Counted from the first letter of the stretch, positions 9,935-19,965 are shown. The stretch is DNA of 64,000 bases from an uncultured bacterium (GCA_947085985.1 CAMTYL010000003.1:15826-79825), one strand, 5' to 3'. Notes: a model not told the origin generated them from the letters alone. Numbers and translations: made by a program.

Positions 9935-10036
9935 GTGGCGTACGCGAATTTTTAGGCTTTGCGCAGAACGTCGGTTCGAGCAAGAAGAAAATTTTCAGCA
10001 GAAAATTATTCTGTACTAAAAATTCGCGTACGCCAC
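9935..10036. repeat. MITE/REP-like element with 21-bp perfect terminal inverted repeats
   Basis: gtggcgtacgcgaatttttag (9935-9955) and ctaaaaattcgcgtacgccac (10016-10036). Confidence 0.8.
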
Positions 10037-10120
10037 AACGAACGACCCTTTATACACAGTGAAAAGTACTAGCACCTTTATGCGTGCGTGGCGTATACTT
10101 CCAAGTAAGCTCTTTCATAT

Positions 10121-11020
10121 ATGGCAAATCGGCACCTAGCCCGCTCCGTAGTTCTACAAACTCTTTTTGAGTGGGACACTACGCACGCAACAGACGACGC
10201 AACAACAGAAATGTTGAAGCGTAACGTTGAAGAATTTGGCGGCGGCGACACCGACATTCCATTTATGGAACAACTCCTCCAGGGTGTGCTCGCAAAGCGA
10301 CCCGACCTAGATTTAGTAATTGAAAAGGCAGCGCCGGATTGGCCACTTGATCGCATTGCACCCGTAGACCGAAACATTTTGCGCATTGGCTTGTACGAGC
10401 TTTTGTTTGCCGACCGCACACAGGTGCCGGCAAAAGTTGCTATCAACGAAGCAATTGAACTGGCCAAGGTATTTGGCGGAGACTCTTCCGGACGATTTAT
10501 AAACGGCGTACTTGGCGCCGTGTACAAGGAGCTTGGTGAGCCAGGTAAGGACGAAGTAGGGAAGAAGGAACGCGTACGTCGCGAAGACTTGCCGCTTGAA
10601 CAGCTTGGCGGAGCCATTGTCTATGCTGAGCACCATGGTCAGTACTACCTTGCACTCGTGCACGACGTGTTTGGACACTGGACGCTTTCCAAAGGAAAAA
10701 TTCCTGAGGGCATGAGTGTAGAGGACGGTACCGTGGAGGGGATTAAAGACGAGCTTGGCCTTCCGGTAAAAATTAAAGACAAGATTGGAGAGAACGAATA
10801 CATCGCGTCGCACCCAGAGAAGGGAAAGACCCGAAAGCACGTCACCTACTTCCTTGCGGAGTCTCCGTACGAGGAAATTACGCTTGAAAAGAAGGGTGGG
10901 TTAGACGATGCGCGCTGGTTCCGTTTGACCGACATCTTGGACCTAAACTTCTACGACGACATGCTGCCGATTGTGACCGCGGCCGTACAGAAGCTGCTTG
11001 ATAAGTCGTCACGCCGCTAG
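10121..11020 (+). CDS. nusB: NusB fused to C-terminal NUDIX-fold domain
   Basis: RHLARSVVLQTLF, VDRNILR, KVAINEAIELAK, FINGVLG; then WTLSKGK..IKDELGL..HVTYFL..DARW. Confidence 0.92.
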   Translation: MANRHLARSVVLQTLFEWDTTHATDDATTEMLKRNVEEFGGGDTDIPFMEQLLQGVLAKRPDLDLVIEKAAPDWPLDRIAPVDRNILRIGLYELLFADRTQVPAKVAINEAIELAKVFGGDSSGRFINGVLGAVYKELGEPGKDEVGKKERVRREDLPLEQLGGAIVYAEHHGQYYLALVHDVFGHWTLSKGKIPEGMSVEDGTVEGIKDELGLPVKIKDKIGENEYIASHPEKGKTRKHVTYFLAESPYEEITLEKKGGLDDARWFRLTDILDLNFYDDMLPIVTAAVQKLLDKSSRR

Positions 11021-11078
11021 AGAGAAGCCGTCCGAAGGGACGGTTTCCTATTTCACAAGAATCTGGTATAATATACAT

Positions 11079-11768
11079 ATGACGCAGGTAGGAGAACACG
11101 CGGCCAAGCTTGGCCTTTCGTTTACTAACGCAGCGCTTCTTGAAGAAGCGCTGACGCACCGTTCCTACCTAAACGAGAACAAGACCGCAGGCAATCACAA
11201 TGAGCGCCTAGAATTCCTCGGAGACGCGGTGCTTGAACTTGCTACCACCAACTTCCTTTTTCATAAGTTTCCGAGCAAGCCCGAGGGCGACCTTACGGCA
11301 TTCCGTGCAGCACTGGTGAACACCTATTCACTTGCTGACACCGCAGAGGAGCTTGGCATGAACAACATGCTCCTTCTGTCTAAGGGAGAAGCAAAGGACA
11401 CGGGCCGCGCGCGCCAGATTATCCTTGCAAACGCATTTGAAGCACTCCTTGGTGCGCTCTACCTAGACCAGGGCTTTGATACGGTTGAAGCATTCCTTGC
11501 AAAGAATCTCTATCCAAAGATTGACGACATCATCGCAAAGCGCGCCTACCAGGACGCAAAAAGTAATTTCCAAGAGCTTGCACAGGAGAAGCGCAGCGTC
11601 ACTCCTACCTACAAGACGCTTGCAGAAACAGGGCCCGACCACGATCGCGTGTTTACGGTGGGAGTATTTTTGAATACCGAGGAAATTGCGCGTGGAGACG
11701 GCAAAAGCAAGCAAGAGGCTGAACAGGCCGCAGCACAGGCAGCTATAGACAAAACGAGCTGGAAGTAA
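11079..11768 (+). CDS. rnc: Ribonuclease III
   Basis: ALTHRSY, NERLEFLGDAVLEL, dsRBD GKSKQEAEQAAA. Confidence 0.98.
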   Translation: MTQVGEHAAKLGLSFTNAALLEEALTHRSYLNENKTAGNHNERLEFLGDAVLELATTNFLFHKFPSKPEGDLTAFRAALVNTYSLADTAEELGMNNMLLLSKGEAKDTGRARQIILANAFEALLGALYLDQGFDTVEAFLAKNLYPKIDDIIAKRAYQDAKSNFQELAQEKRSVTPTYKTLAETGPDHDRVFTVGVFLNTEEIARGDGKSKQEAEQAAAQAAIDKTSWK

Positions 11769-11824
11769 GTATAGTCGGTCCAGAAGTGGCCTTAAACGTG
11801 AGGCCACTAGGGAGGGCGAAAGCC

Positions 11825-12121
11825 ATGGCAACACGTATGCTCAACTTGTATCCCAGGGGATGGGGCTGGCTTGGGGTGCTCACCATTATCGCGTTCATCA
11901 TGACGCTTGGCGCAGCCAGCTTCTGGGTGTTCAGCGGGGCAGACATGCTCTTCTGGATTGCCGTCTCGCCGACTGTGCTTCTGGTGCTGGCCTCTGCCGG
12001 CGTCGTCATGGCTGCGCGCGGGCAGTACGAGGCGTCGGGGTTCTTTTCGGTGCTAGGCCTGCTCGCATTTATCGTAGAGTGCGTGCTCTGGTCGCCCTAT
12101 TGGCCCCTCGCTTTCGGGTGA
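11825..12121 (+). CDS. Orphan 3-TM membrane protein
   Basis: SD GGGAGGG, hydrophobic helices, own hairpin ggccacc..ggtggcc at ~12141-12166. Confidence 0.7.
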   Translation: MATRMLNLYPRGWGWLGVLTIIAFIMTLGAASFWVFSGADMLFWIAVSPTVLLVLASAGVVMAARGQYEASGFFSVLGLLAFIVECVLWSPYWPLAFG

Positions 12122-12191
12122 GCGGCAGCCCTCAACCAATGGCCACCTCCTTCAATGGGGGTGGCCGTTCTCGTGCGGTATACTACAAGCA

Positions 12192-14399
12192 ATGTTGAAG
12201 CGGTTAGAAATCGCGGGATTCAAATCATTTGCCAAGAAGACCACGCTGGATTTCTCTAGCGCGGCTACCGCTATTGTGGGCCCTAATGGTTCGGGCAAAT
12301 CAAACGTCGCTGAAGCATTCCGCTTCGCGCTTGGTGAGCAGTCCATGAAGAGTATGCGCGGCAAGCGTAGCGAAGACCTTATCTGGAGCGGTTCGCATCA
12401 GACTGCGCGCTCCAACCGCGCGTCGGTGACTATCGTATTTGATAACACCAAGAAAATTTTTCCTAGAATGGAGTACGACGAAGTCTCCATCGAGCGTGCG
12501 GTATTCCGTGATGGCTCAAGCGAGTATTCTATCAACGGTTCCCGTGTGCGCCTGCGCGACGTGCAGGAGCTTTTGTCTGCCGCAAACATTGGCGAGACAG
12601 GGCACCATATTATTTCTCAAGGAGAGGCAGACCGCATTCTCTCTAGCGCGCCGCGTGAGCGCCGCGCCATGCTTGAGGACGCGCTTGGCCTAAAGATTTT
12701 TGAATTCAAGAAGCAGGAAGCGGAACGCAAGCTTGAGAAGACCGAGGACAATATGCGCGAAGTAGAGGCGCTGCGCCGAGAGATTGCGCCGCACATTCGT
12801 TTCTTGCAGAAGCAGGTAGAGAAGCTGGAACGGGCAGAAGAACTTGCAAGCGAGCTGCGCACTTTGAGCCAGACGTATCTTGCTATAGAGGACGCGTACA
12901 TATCGCAGGAAAAAGATAAAGCAGAGATGCATTTGGTACAGGTTCGTGAACAGCTTGCGGTGATGGTTGCCGAGCTACATTCGTTTGAAGAGCGTGCTAC
13001 CACCGACATAGAAGGTACACGTCGCAGCGAAAGCGTGCGTGCGCACGAGCGCGAGCTTGAAAAGCTATTGGGTGAGCGTGCACAGCTCTCGCGCGACGTT
13101 GGTCGCATTGAGGGCGCGCTAGAATCTGCCAAGCGTCGCAGCGTAAGTGTGATGCAAGACCCGTATGCAAAGGTGCCGCGCGAGGATCTGGCAGCACTGA
13201 AGGAAGAGGCTGAGCGAGTAGTAGACGAGAATGATGCGCAGGCACTCTCTGCGGTCCTTCGCAGTCTGCGCAACGCCATCACGGCGTTCTTTGAACGCTA
13301 CGCAATTCCGGCGGACGATTATCTAGCAGAGGAAGAGCAGACGGTCATGCGGCTTGAGGCAGAGCGCGCGCAAATCGCGCAGAAGGAAACAGATTTAAGT
13401 GATCGTGTAGAGCACGCAAAGAGCACGCTCATGAAGGCGCGCGAGGCAACCATGGCGTACCAGGAAACGGGTCGCGAGCAGAATCGTCACTTGCTTGACC
13501 TTGCTGATAAGAAAGCAAAGCTTGAGACCGAAGTGGTGCGTGTTGAGTCTCGCCTCGGAGAATTGGAGAGTTTGCGCGAAGAGTATGAGCGTGACCGTCG
13601 CGAGATTGTAGCGCTTGCTGGTGCAGCCGCTCTTTCTTTTGAGAAGCTGGAGCGACTTCCTGACGAGGACCGCAGAGCACAAGAAGACCGTAAGCGTAGC
13701 CTTGAACGCCTTAAGATTCGCGTGGAGGAAGCGGGTGGCTCGGGTGAGGATGTGCGTCACGAATACAAGGAAGCAAAGGAACGCGAGGAATTCCTAGCTC
13801 GCGAGATTGAAGACCTTACCAAGTCATCCCTTGGCTTGCGCGAGCTTATTGCAGACCTTGATACAGAGCTCACCAAAACCTTTGCAGAAGGTCTTGCGAA
13901 GGTGAACGAGTCGTTCAGCGAATTCTTTGGACTTATGTTCGGAGGTGGAAGCGCAAAGCTCGTGCTTGAGGAGTTGCCAGAACCAGGTAGTGAAGAGGAA
14001 GACGAATACGAGGTAGAAGAGCCATCGCGTAAGAGAAACATGAAGCCAGGTATTGAAATCTCGGTGCACCTACCAAAGAAGCGTTTGCAATCGCTCATGC
14101 AGCTCTCTGGTGGTGAGCGCGCACTCACGAGTATCGCGCTTATCTTTGCTATGAGCCAGGTCAACCCGCCACCGTTCCTTATTTTGGACGAGACTGATGC
14201 AGCGCTCGACGAGGCAAATAGTCGTCGCTACGGAGACATGATTGAGAGTCTCTCAAAGAAGTCTCAGCTTATCGTGATTACGCACAACCGCGAGACCATG
14301 AGCCGCGCCGGCATCCTCTACGGGGTCACCATGGGCGGAGATGGCATTTCTAAGCTCCTTTCCGTGCGGTTTGAGGAGGCGGTGCAGGTAGCTAAGTAA
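12192..14399 (+). CDS. smc: Short SMC-family ATPase (735 aa, no recognisable hinge)
   Basis: GFKSF, GPNGSGKSN, ISQG, coiled coil, LSGGE, LILDETDAALD, ITH. Confidence 0.9.
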   Translation: MLKRLEIAGFKSFAKKTTLDFSSAATAIVGPNGSGKSNVAEAFRFALGEQSMKSMRGKRSEDLIWSGSHQTARSNRASVTIVFDNTKKIFPRMEYDEVSIERAVFRDGSSEYSINGSRVRLRDVQELLSAANIGETGHHIISQGEADRILSSAPRERRAMLEDALGLKIFEFKKQEAERKLEKTEDNMREVEALRREIAPHIRFLQKQVEKLERAEELASELRTLSQTYLAIEDAYISQEKDKAEMHLVQVREQLAVMVAELHSFEERATTDIEGTRRSESVRAHERELEKLLGERAQLSRDVGRIEGALESAKRRSVSVMQDPYAKVPREDLAALKEEAERVVDENDAQALSAVLRSLRNAITAFFERYAIPADDYLAEEEQTVMRLEAERAQIAQKETDLSDRVEHAKSTLMKAREATMAYQETGREQNRHLLDLADKKAKLETEVVRVESRLGELESLREEYERDRREIVALAGAAALSFEKLERLPDEDRRAQEDRKRSLERLKIRVEEAGGSGEDVRHEYKEAKEREEFLAREIEDLTKSSLGLRELIADLDTELTKTFAEGLAKVNESFSEFFGLMFGGGSAKLVLEELPEPGSEEEDEYEVEEPSRKRNMKPGIEISVHLPKKRLQSLMQLSGGERALTSIALIFAMSQVNPPPFLILDETDAALDEANSRRYGDMIESLSKKSQLIVITHNRETMSRAGILYGVTMGGDGISKLLSVRFEEAVQVAK

Positions 14400-14425
14400 T
14401 GAATTCATCGGAACGTAGTGAGCCG

Positions 14426-14547
14426 TTTGGTGAGGACACATAAGAAGTGCGTGTCGCTTCGCTTTGCGCACTTCTAAATTTAACCCGTAAGAAATTTAGA
14501 GAAATACAGAGCGAAGCGACTTATTTCTCTTATGTTTCTTAACTAGA
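14426..14547. repeat. Long imperfect intergenic hairpin
   Basis: acataag..gtcgcttcgct..tctaaattt / aaatttaga..agcgaagcgac..cttatgt. Confidence 0.7.
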
Positions 14548-14638
14548 GGGTTGAGATTCAAATTGCGAACGAAGCTTTTATCCCCAACTTTTGATATGAA
14601 GGGAGGTAAGCTGTATCAATATCACTAATTAGTCACCT

Positions 14639-15859
14639 ATGGCCGCATTTCAATACTTTAAGGAGAACGTAGACAAGGCAGCAGATTTGCTCGGACTCTC
14701 GCAAGAAGATCGGGCAAAGCTCGAGACGCCCGACCGTGTACTTCGTGCAGAGCTTTCAATTACGCTTGATAGCGGAGAGACTGCTACCTACCCCGCATAC
14801 CGAGTGCAGTTCAATAATGCGCGCGGACCATACAAGGGTGGTATCCGTTTCCATCCAGACGCTGACGAGGACGAAGTGTCTGCACTTGCGGCCATGATGG
14901 CTATTAAGTGTGCCGTGGTAGATATTCCGTTTGGTGGAGCGAAGGGTGGTGTTGCGGTAGATCCAAAGCAACTCTCAGAGGCAGAGATTGAACGCTTGTC
15001 CCGTGCGTACGTGCGCGCCTTTGGTGAGCACCTGGGGCCAGACGTAGATGTGCCAGCGCCAGACGTGTACACAACCCCGGCCATCATGGCGATTATGCGG
15101 GACGAGTACGAGCAAATGGTGGGGCACGCGGCGCCCGCATTCATCACCGGAAAGCCACTAGAGAATGGGGGAAGTCTTGGGCGAGACACCGCAACCGCTG
15201 ATGGCGCCATTATGGTGCTTGATGCGCTTCTGGCCGACCAACATCGTGATATGGGTGAGCTCACCGCTGCCGTGCAGGGGGCGGGGAATGCGGGCGCGCA
15301 GGCAGCACGCCTGCTTGAGCGCGGTGGTGCACGTGTAATCGCGATAAGTGACAGTAAGGGCACCCTCGCAAACAAGGGCGGTCTTTCTGTGGATGCGGTG
15401 CTTTCTATTAAAGAAGACAAGGGTTCAGTGCATGACGCCGCGGCGCTTGGTGACGCGCTGCCTGCAGAATTTATTGTGAGTGCTCCCGTAGATGTGCTGG
15501 TGCCGGCTGCACTTGAAGAGCAGATCCGTGCAGACAATGCAGAGAGCGTGCAGGCGGGAATCATTCTAGAAATTGCCAACGGTCCCGTGACGCCAGAGGC
15601 GGATGCAATCTTGTCGCTCCGTGGTGCTGCAATTGTGCCCGATGTTCTCGCAAACGCAGGTGGAGTGACGGTGTCGTACTTTGAGTGGCTACAGAACAAG
15701 GCGGGTGAGTCGTGGGGTAAGGAAGAGATTCATGAGCGTCTTGAGAAAGTGATGCACGACGCATACCGTGATGTGGCTGACTTTGCGCTCATGCGTGGCG
15801 TCACGCTGCGCGAGGCTGCGTACGCGCTCGCCATCTCTCGCATCCTGGAAGCGCGATAG
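14639..15859 (+). CDS. gdhA: Glutamate dehydrogenase (Glu/Leu/Phe/Val family)
   Basis: GPYKGGIRFHP, KCA, GGAKGG, DVPAPDV, QGAGNAG, NAGGVTVSYFEW. Confidence 0.92.
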   Translation: MAAFQYFKENVDKAADLLGLSQEDRAKLETPDRVLRAELSITLDSGETATYPAYRVQFNNARGPYKGGIRFHPDADEDEVSALAAMMAIKCAVVDIPFGGAKGGVAVDPKQLSEAEIERLSRAYVRAFGEHLGPDVDVPAPDVYTTPAIMAIMRDEYEQMVGHAAPAFITGKPLENGGSLGRDTATADGAIMVLDALLADQHRDMGELTAAVQGAGNAGAQAARLLERGGARVIAISDSKGTLANKGGLSVDAVLSIKEDKGSVHDAAALGDALPAEFIVSAPVDVLVPAALEEQIRADNAESVQAGIILEIANGPVTPEADAILSLRGAAIVPDVLANAGGVTVSYFEWLQNKAGESWGKEEIHERLEKVMHDAYRDVADFALMRGVTLREAAYALAISRILEAR

Positions 15860-15868
15860 TATAGACCT

Positions 15869-16222
15869 ATGAAAACGTATACAGGAGGGTGCCATTGTGG
15901 GAAGGTTCGCTATCAGGCCGAGCTAGATTTGTTTGCACCGGTGCTTGAGTGCAATTGCTCGCACTGCCAGGCAAAGGGTATGTTGCTTTCGTTTGTGGAC
16001 GCATCAAAGTTCACCCTTGAGTCAGGCGAAGAATTTCTTACGGAATACCGATTTAACACCGAGAAGATTGCGCACTTGTTCTGTAAGGTCTGTGGTATCC
16101 AGGCATTTGGTCGTGGCGAGAAGAAGGACGGCAGTCCAACGGTTGCGGTGAATGTGCGCTCGGTGGACGAAGTTGATGTCCCAACACTGAAGCGCCTTCC
16201 CATCGACGGTCGCAGTTTCTAA
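15869..16222 (+). CDS. GFA/CENP-V family Zn-binding protein
   Basis: GGCHCG, CNCSHC, FCKVCG, VNVR. Confidence 0.9.
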   Translation: MKTYTGGCHCGKVRYQAELDLFAPVLECNCSHCQAKGMLLSFVDASKFTLESGEEFLTEYRFNTEKIAHLFCKVCGIQAFGRGEKKDGSPTVAVNVRSVDEVDVPTLKRLPIDGRSF

Positions 16223-16256
16223 CAAAAAGCCCCGGCACATGCCGGGGCTTTTTGTT
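16221..16256. terminator. Bidirectional terminator
   Basis: aacaaaaagccccggca-ca-tgccggggctttttgtt. Confidence 0.9.
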
Positions 16257-18240
16257 AGGCGCTGGTCGCAAGACCGAAGTCCAACTCCTTTTCAGGAATG
16301 CGTGCCGCCATAAGTTTTACCTTGATAGGGTCGCCAAGCGCGTACTCCTTCTTGGTGCGCTCACCAACAATGCGGTAGCGCTTCTCGTCGTATACGAAGT
16401 AGTCGTCGCCAATATCGCGAATGCGAATCATGCCTTCCGCGCGCGTCTCTTTGAGCTCTACATAGAGTCCGCGATCAGACACGCCAGAGATAACTGCTTC
16501 AAACTCTTCGCCAATACGGCCTGCCAAGAACTCAACCTGCTTCATCTTGATAGAATCACGCTCCGCTTCACTTGCTGCCACTTCGCGCTCAGAAGAGCGA
16601 AGCGCAAGCTGGTCCAACTCGGCTACTTCCTCCTTGGAGAACACACCACCCACGGTGTAGTGCTTTACCATGCGATGGATAAGGAGGTCGGGGTAGCGGC
16701 GAATAGGGGAGGTGAAGTGCGTGTAGAAATCAAAAGCGAGTCCAAAGTGCCCAGCATTCTTCGTGCTGTACACCGCCTTTGCCATAGAGCGAAGTGCGGC
16801 CACCTTGATGAGGTACTCCTCGGGCTTGCCGGCAACTTCCTCCAAGAGGGCATTGATTGCTGCGCCCTTCACTTTGCCACCAGGTGCCATCTCCAAGTGA
16901 TAGCCGAGTACCTTTAGGAACTGTCCAAGCGTTTCAATACGATCACCATCGGGGCGGTCGTGTACGCGGTAGATGGTAGAACCGGTGAGGTGCGCCTTCT
17001 TCATCTCCTCCGTAAGGAATTCTGCCACCGCAACGTTTGCAAGAAGCATGAAGTCTTCAATAAGGAGGTTGGTGTCCTTGCGCTCCTTCAGAAGTACCGC
17101 AATAGGCTTGCCTGTTTCGTCCAACTTAATCTTTACTTCTGGGGTATCAAACGCAATGGCACCGTTCTTTACGCGACGGTCACGGATTTTCCACGCCAAG
17201 TCGCGTAGCAGGGTGAGCTCTGCCAAGAGTGGCCCTTCGCCCGTATCAAGCACCTCCTGGGCCTCCTCGTACGCAAAGCGCTTGTCCGAGTGAATCACGG
17301 TCGGGCCAAAGGAACGCGACACAATGCCTGCGTTCTGGTCGAGCTCAAAAATAGCTGACACGGACAAACGGTCCTCGTTCGGGTTAAGTGAACAAAGGTC
17401 GGTAGAAAGTACCTCTGGAAGCATCGGTATGGTGCGGTCTACCAAGTAGACCGAAGTCGCGCGGTTGCGCGCCTCCGCGTCCAGTGCGGTGCCTGGGCGA
17501 ACAAAGCTTGAAACGTCCGCAATGTGCACACCAATCTCGTAGTTGCCGTTTGGAAGGGTGCGTACCGAAAGTGCATCGTCAAAGTCCTTTGCGTCGTACG
17601 GGTCAATGGTGAACGTGGTTGCGTCACGGAAGTCGCGGCGGGTACCAGCTGCAATTTCTTCTTCCGCGATGCGCGAGAGTTCTGCGTGCCCAACTTCTTC
17701 CAGGCGCGCAGCTTCCTTCACAACACCAGGCGGGAAGTCGCTACGGAATCCACTGCCGAGTGCGAGTGCACGCATCTCCGTCTCGTGCTCTCCGGCTGGT
17801 CCGATAATTTCTTCCAATATGCCCCATGGGTACGGCTGTGTAGAGGACCAGCCTTGATAGCGGATGACTACCTTGTGGCCAAGGGGGAGTGAATCGCCCT
17901 TTACGACGAACGGCACGTACATCTTCTTAAAATCAGGCTGGAGCATCACGTGCCCGATGGAATCCTCACCAAAGTCAGGCCCGCCCGCAACGAGCGTGCC
18001 CACAAAGGTCTCGCGCGCGCGGTGTACCACCTCTACCACCTTGCCAAGCTTCTTGGTCTTTCCGGTGCGTGGGTCAGTGTCCTCGCCAGCAATCTGTACC
18101 TTTACGGTGTCGCCAGGGAAGGCGCCGCCTAGGTTCTCGCCCGGAATAAAGAGGTCGTCCTGCTCAGGATCAATACTAAAAAAGCCCTTGCCAGTCTTAA
18201 TAATGGTGATGGGACCCTCAAAGGTCTGTGTGTCAGTCAT
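16255..18240 (-). CDS. rnr: Ribonuclease R
   Basis: TIDPYDAKDFDDA, HFTSPIRRYPDL, C-terminal S1. Confidence 0.96.
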   Translation of the reverse strand: MTDTQTFEGPITIIKTGKGFFSIDPEQDDLFIPGENLGGAFPGDTVKVQIAGEDTDPRTGKTKKLGKVVEVVHRARETFVGTLVAGGPDFGEDSIGHVMLQPDFKKMYVPFVVKGDSLPLGHKVVIRYQGWSSTQPYPWGILEEIIGPAGEHETEMRALALGSGFRSDFPPGVVKEAARLEEVGHAELSRIAEEEIAAGTRRDFRDATTFTIDPYDAKDFDDALSVRTLPNGNYEIGVHIADVSSFVRPGTALDAEARNRATSVYLVDRTIPMLPEVLSTDLCSLNPNEDRLSVSAIFELDQNAGIVSRSFGPTVIHSDKRFAYEEAQEVLDTGEGPLLAELTLLRDLAWKIRDRRVKNGAIAFDTPEVKIKLDETGKPIAVLLKERKDTNLLIEDFMLLANVAVAEFLTEEMKKAHLTGSTIYRVHDRPDGDRIETLGQFLKVLGYHLEMAPGGKVKGAAINALLEEVAGKPEEYLIKVAALRSMAKAVYSTKNAGHFGLAFDFYTHFTSPIRRYPDLLIHRMVKHYTVGGVFSKEEVAELDQLALRSSEREVAASEAERDSIKMKQVEFLAGRIGEEFEAVISGVSDRGLYVELKETRAEGMIRIRDIGDDYFVYDEKRYRIVGERTKKEYALGDPIKVKLMAARIPEKELDFGLATSA

Positions 18241-18287
18241 AGTGTTGCTCTAACTCTAGCAGACCAAGGCCCTATCTGGTACTGTAC

Positions 18288-18355
18288 CGATTCGGGCGTC
18301 CATCGCGCCCGTGGCGCAGACTCGGGCGGGCTCCTCGGAGCCCGCCCATTTTTAT
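18288..18355 (+). ncRNA. Candidate ~65-nt small RNA
   Basis: ggTACTGT -10 box, hairpin cgggcg..cgcccg, then terminator gggcgggctc-ctcg-gagcccgccc-atttt, in a divergent intergenic region. Confidence 0.35.
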
Positions 18356-18398
18356 CCATTTGACCTATAGCCAGTATTTTGGTACTGTTCCACTCACT

Positions 18399-18890
18399 AT
18401 GTTGATGATCCGATTCCAGCGCATTGGTCGTAAAAACGACGCGGCGTTTCGTATGGCTGTGCTTCCAAAGGCTTCTGGCCCAAAGGCTGGTAAGTATGTT
18501 GATCTCGTTGGTACCTATAACCCAAAGACCAAGGCGATTACCGTAGATGCGGAAAAGATTAAGGGCTGGGTTTCTAAGGGTGCGCAGATGTCTCCAAGCC
18601 TCCACAACCTTCTTGTGAAGAATGGCACCATCGAGGGAACAAAGACCGCGAAGGTAGTTTCAAAGAAGAACCTTGAGAAGAACATCAAGGCAAAGGCAGA
18701 GGCCGAAGCAAAGGAAGCAGCTGCTAAGGCAGCAGCAGACGCAAAGGCAGCTGAGGCCGCAAAGGCTGAAGCAGAAGCAGCAGCACAGGCTGCAGCCGCA
18801 GAAGCCGAGGCTCCTGCAGCTGAGGAAGTTGTTGCAGAGGCTCCTGCTGAGGAGGCTGCACCTGCTACCGAAGAAACTCCTGCTGCGTAA
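18399..18890 (+). CDS. rpsP: 30S ribosomal protein S16 with Ala/Glu-rich tail
   Basis: MLMIRFQRIGRKN, VGTYNP, KGAQMS. Confidence 0.95.
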   Translation: MLMIRFQRIGRKNDAAFRMAVLPKASGPKAGKYVDLVGTYNPKTKAITVDAEKIKGWVSKGAQMSPSLHNLLVKNGTIEGTKTAKVVSKKNLEKNIKAKAEAEAKEAAAKAAADAKAAEAAKAEAEAAAQAAAAEAEAPAAEEVVAEAPAEEAAPATEETPAA

Positions 18891-18950
18891 TGTAGCTAGC
18901 GACACCAAAGGCGTCGCATCCGCACCCGTTGTATTACTGATTACTCTGTT

Positions 18951-19265
18951 ATGGATCCCTACTACGAATTTCTAGACTATGTGGTGAAGGCCCTCGTGGA
19001 TCACCCCGAGGACGTGGTTATCACGCAGACCCACGATAACTTCGGTGTACTCCTTACGCTTACTGTCCACCCGGACGACATGGGTAAGGTGATTGGAAAG
19101 AACGGTCGCATCGCTACCGAATCTATCCGTCCACTACTTAAGGCCGTTGGCTTTAAGCACAGTGCGAATGTGAGCCTAAAGATTAACGAGCCAATGGGTG
19201 GCAAGCACTACGACGGACAGGTTAAGAAAGACCTAAGCGACGTGCTCGGCAGCCTCGGCTCATAA
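18951..19265 (+). CDS. khpA: KH-domain RNA-binding protein
   Basis: LVDHPEDV, DDMGKVIGKNGR; rpsP-KH-trmD context. Confidence 0.88.
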   Translation: MDPYYEFLDYVVKALVDHPEDVVITQTHDNFGVLLTLTVHPDDMGKVIGKNGRIATESIRPLLKAVGFKHSANVSLKINEPMGGKHYDGQVKKDLSDVLGSLGS

Positions 19266-19302
19266 CACAAACGAAAGCGGCCGAAAGCCGCTTTCCTTGC
19301 AT

Positions 19303-19965
19303 ATGCTTCGATTCCATCTCATCACGCTATTTCCAGAAGCCTGCGACGCGTATCTTTCCGCGTCTATTTTGGGTCGTGCTCGCGAGAACAAGAAGATCAA
19401 AGTGGACTACCAGACACCGCGTGACTTTGTAACCAATAAGTGGGGCAAGGTAGACGAGCGTCCGTATGGCGGAGGTCCTGGCATGGTAATGACCGCACTC
19501 CCAGTGGTGAAGGCTATCAAGAAGTCGCTTTCTCGTCGTACCGGCAAGAACGCCATCATTTGGTTTGAGCCTGGTGCAAAAGCGTTTGATAACAAAGAGG
19601 CAGACAAGCTCGCAAAGTTTGACGACGTAGTACTCGTCTGTGGCCGCTACGAAGGTATTGATACGCGCGCAAAGTCTATCGCAAAGACACTTGGCAAACT
19701 GCACACCTACTCGCTGGGTGAAGCGGTGTACACCGGAGGGGAAGTGCCAGCCATGGCAATTGTGGACGCCGTCACGCGCCGCCTGCCAGGAGTGCTTGGA
19801 AAGGACGAGTCAGTAGAGGAGCGTCGCATTGCAAGCCGCGAGATTTTCACGCGCCCTGAAACCATTGAATGGGAGGGAAAGAAGCACAAAGTGCCTGCAG
19901 TACTCACGACCGGGAACCATGCGAATATTGACGCGTATCGTGCCAAGAAGGGCAGCAAGAAGTAA
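19303..19965 (+). CDS. trmD: tRNA (guanine37-N1)-methyltransferase
   Basis: ITLFPE, DERPYGGGPGMVM, CGRYEGID, TGGEVPA. Confidence 0.96.
   Translation: MLRFHLITLFPEACDAYLSASILGRARENKKIKVDYQTPRDFVTNKWGKVDERPYGGGPGMVMTALPVVKAIKKSLSRRTGKNAIIWFEPGAKAFDNKEADKLAKFDDVVLVCGRYEGIDTRAKSIAKTLGKLHTYSLGEAVYTGGEVPAMAIVDAVTRRLPGVLGKDESVEERRIASREIFTRPETIEWEGKKHKVPAVLTTGNHANIDAYRAKKGSKK

Noticed and set aside
14788-15699. Long antisense ORFs (303 aa opposite gdhA; others opposite dnaE, smc and the helicase)
   Set aside because: They overlap well-supported genes, have no motifs, and are expected from codon bias.
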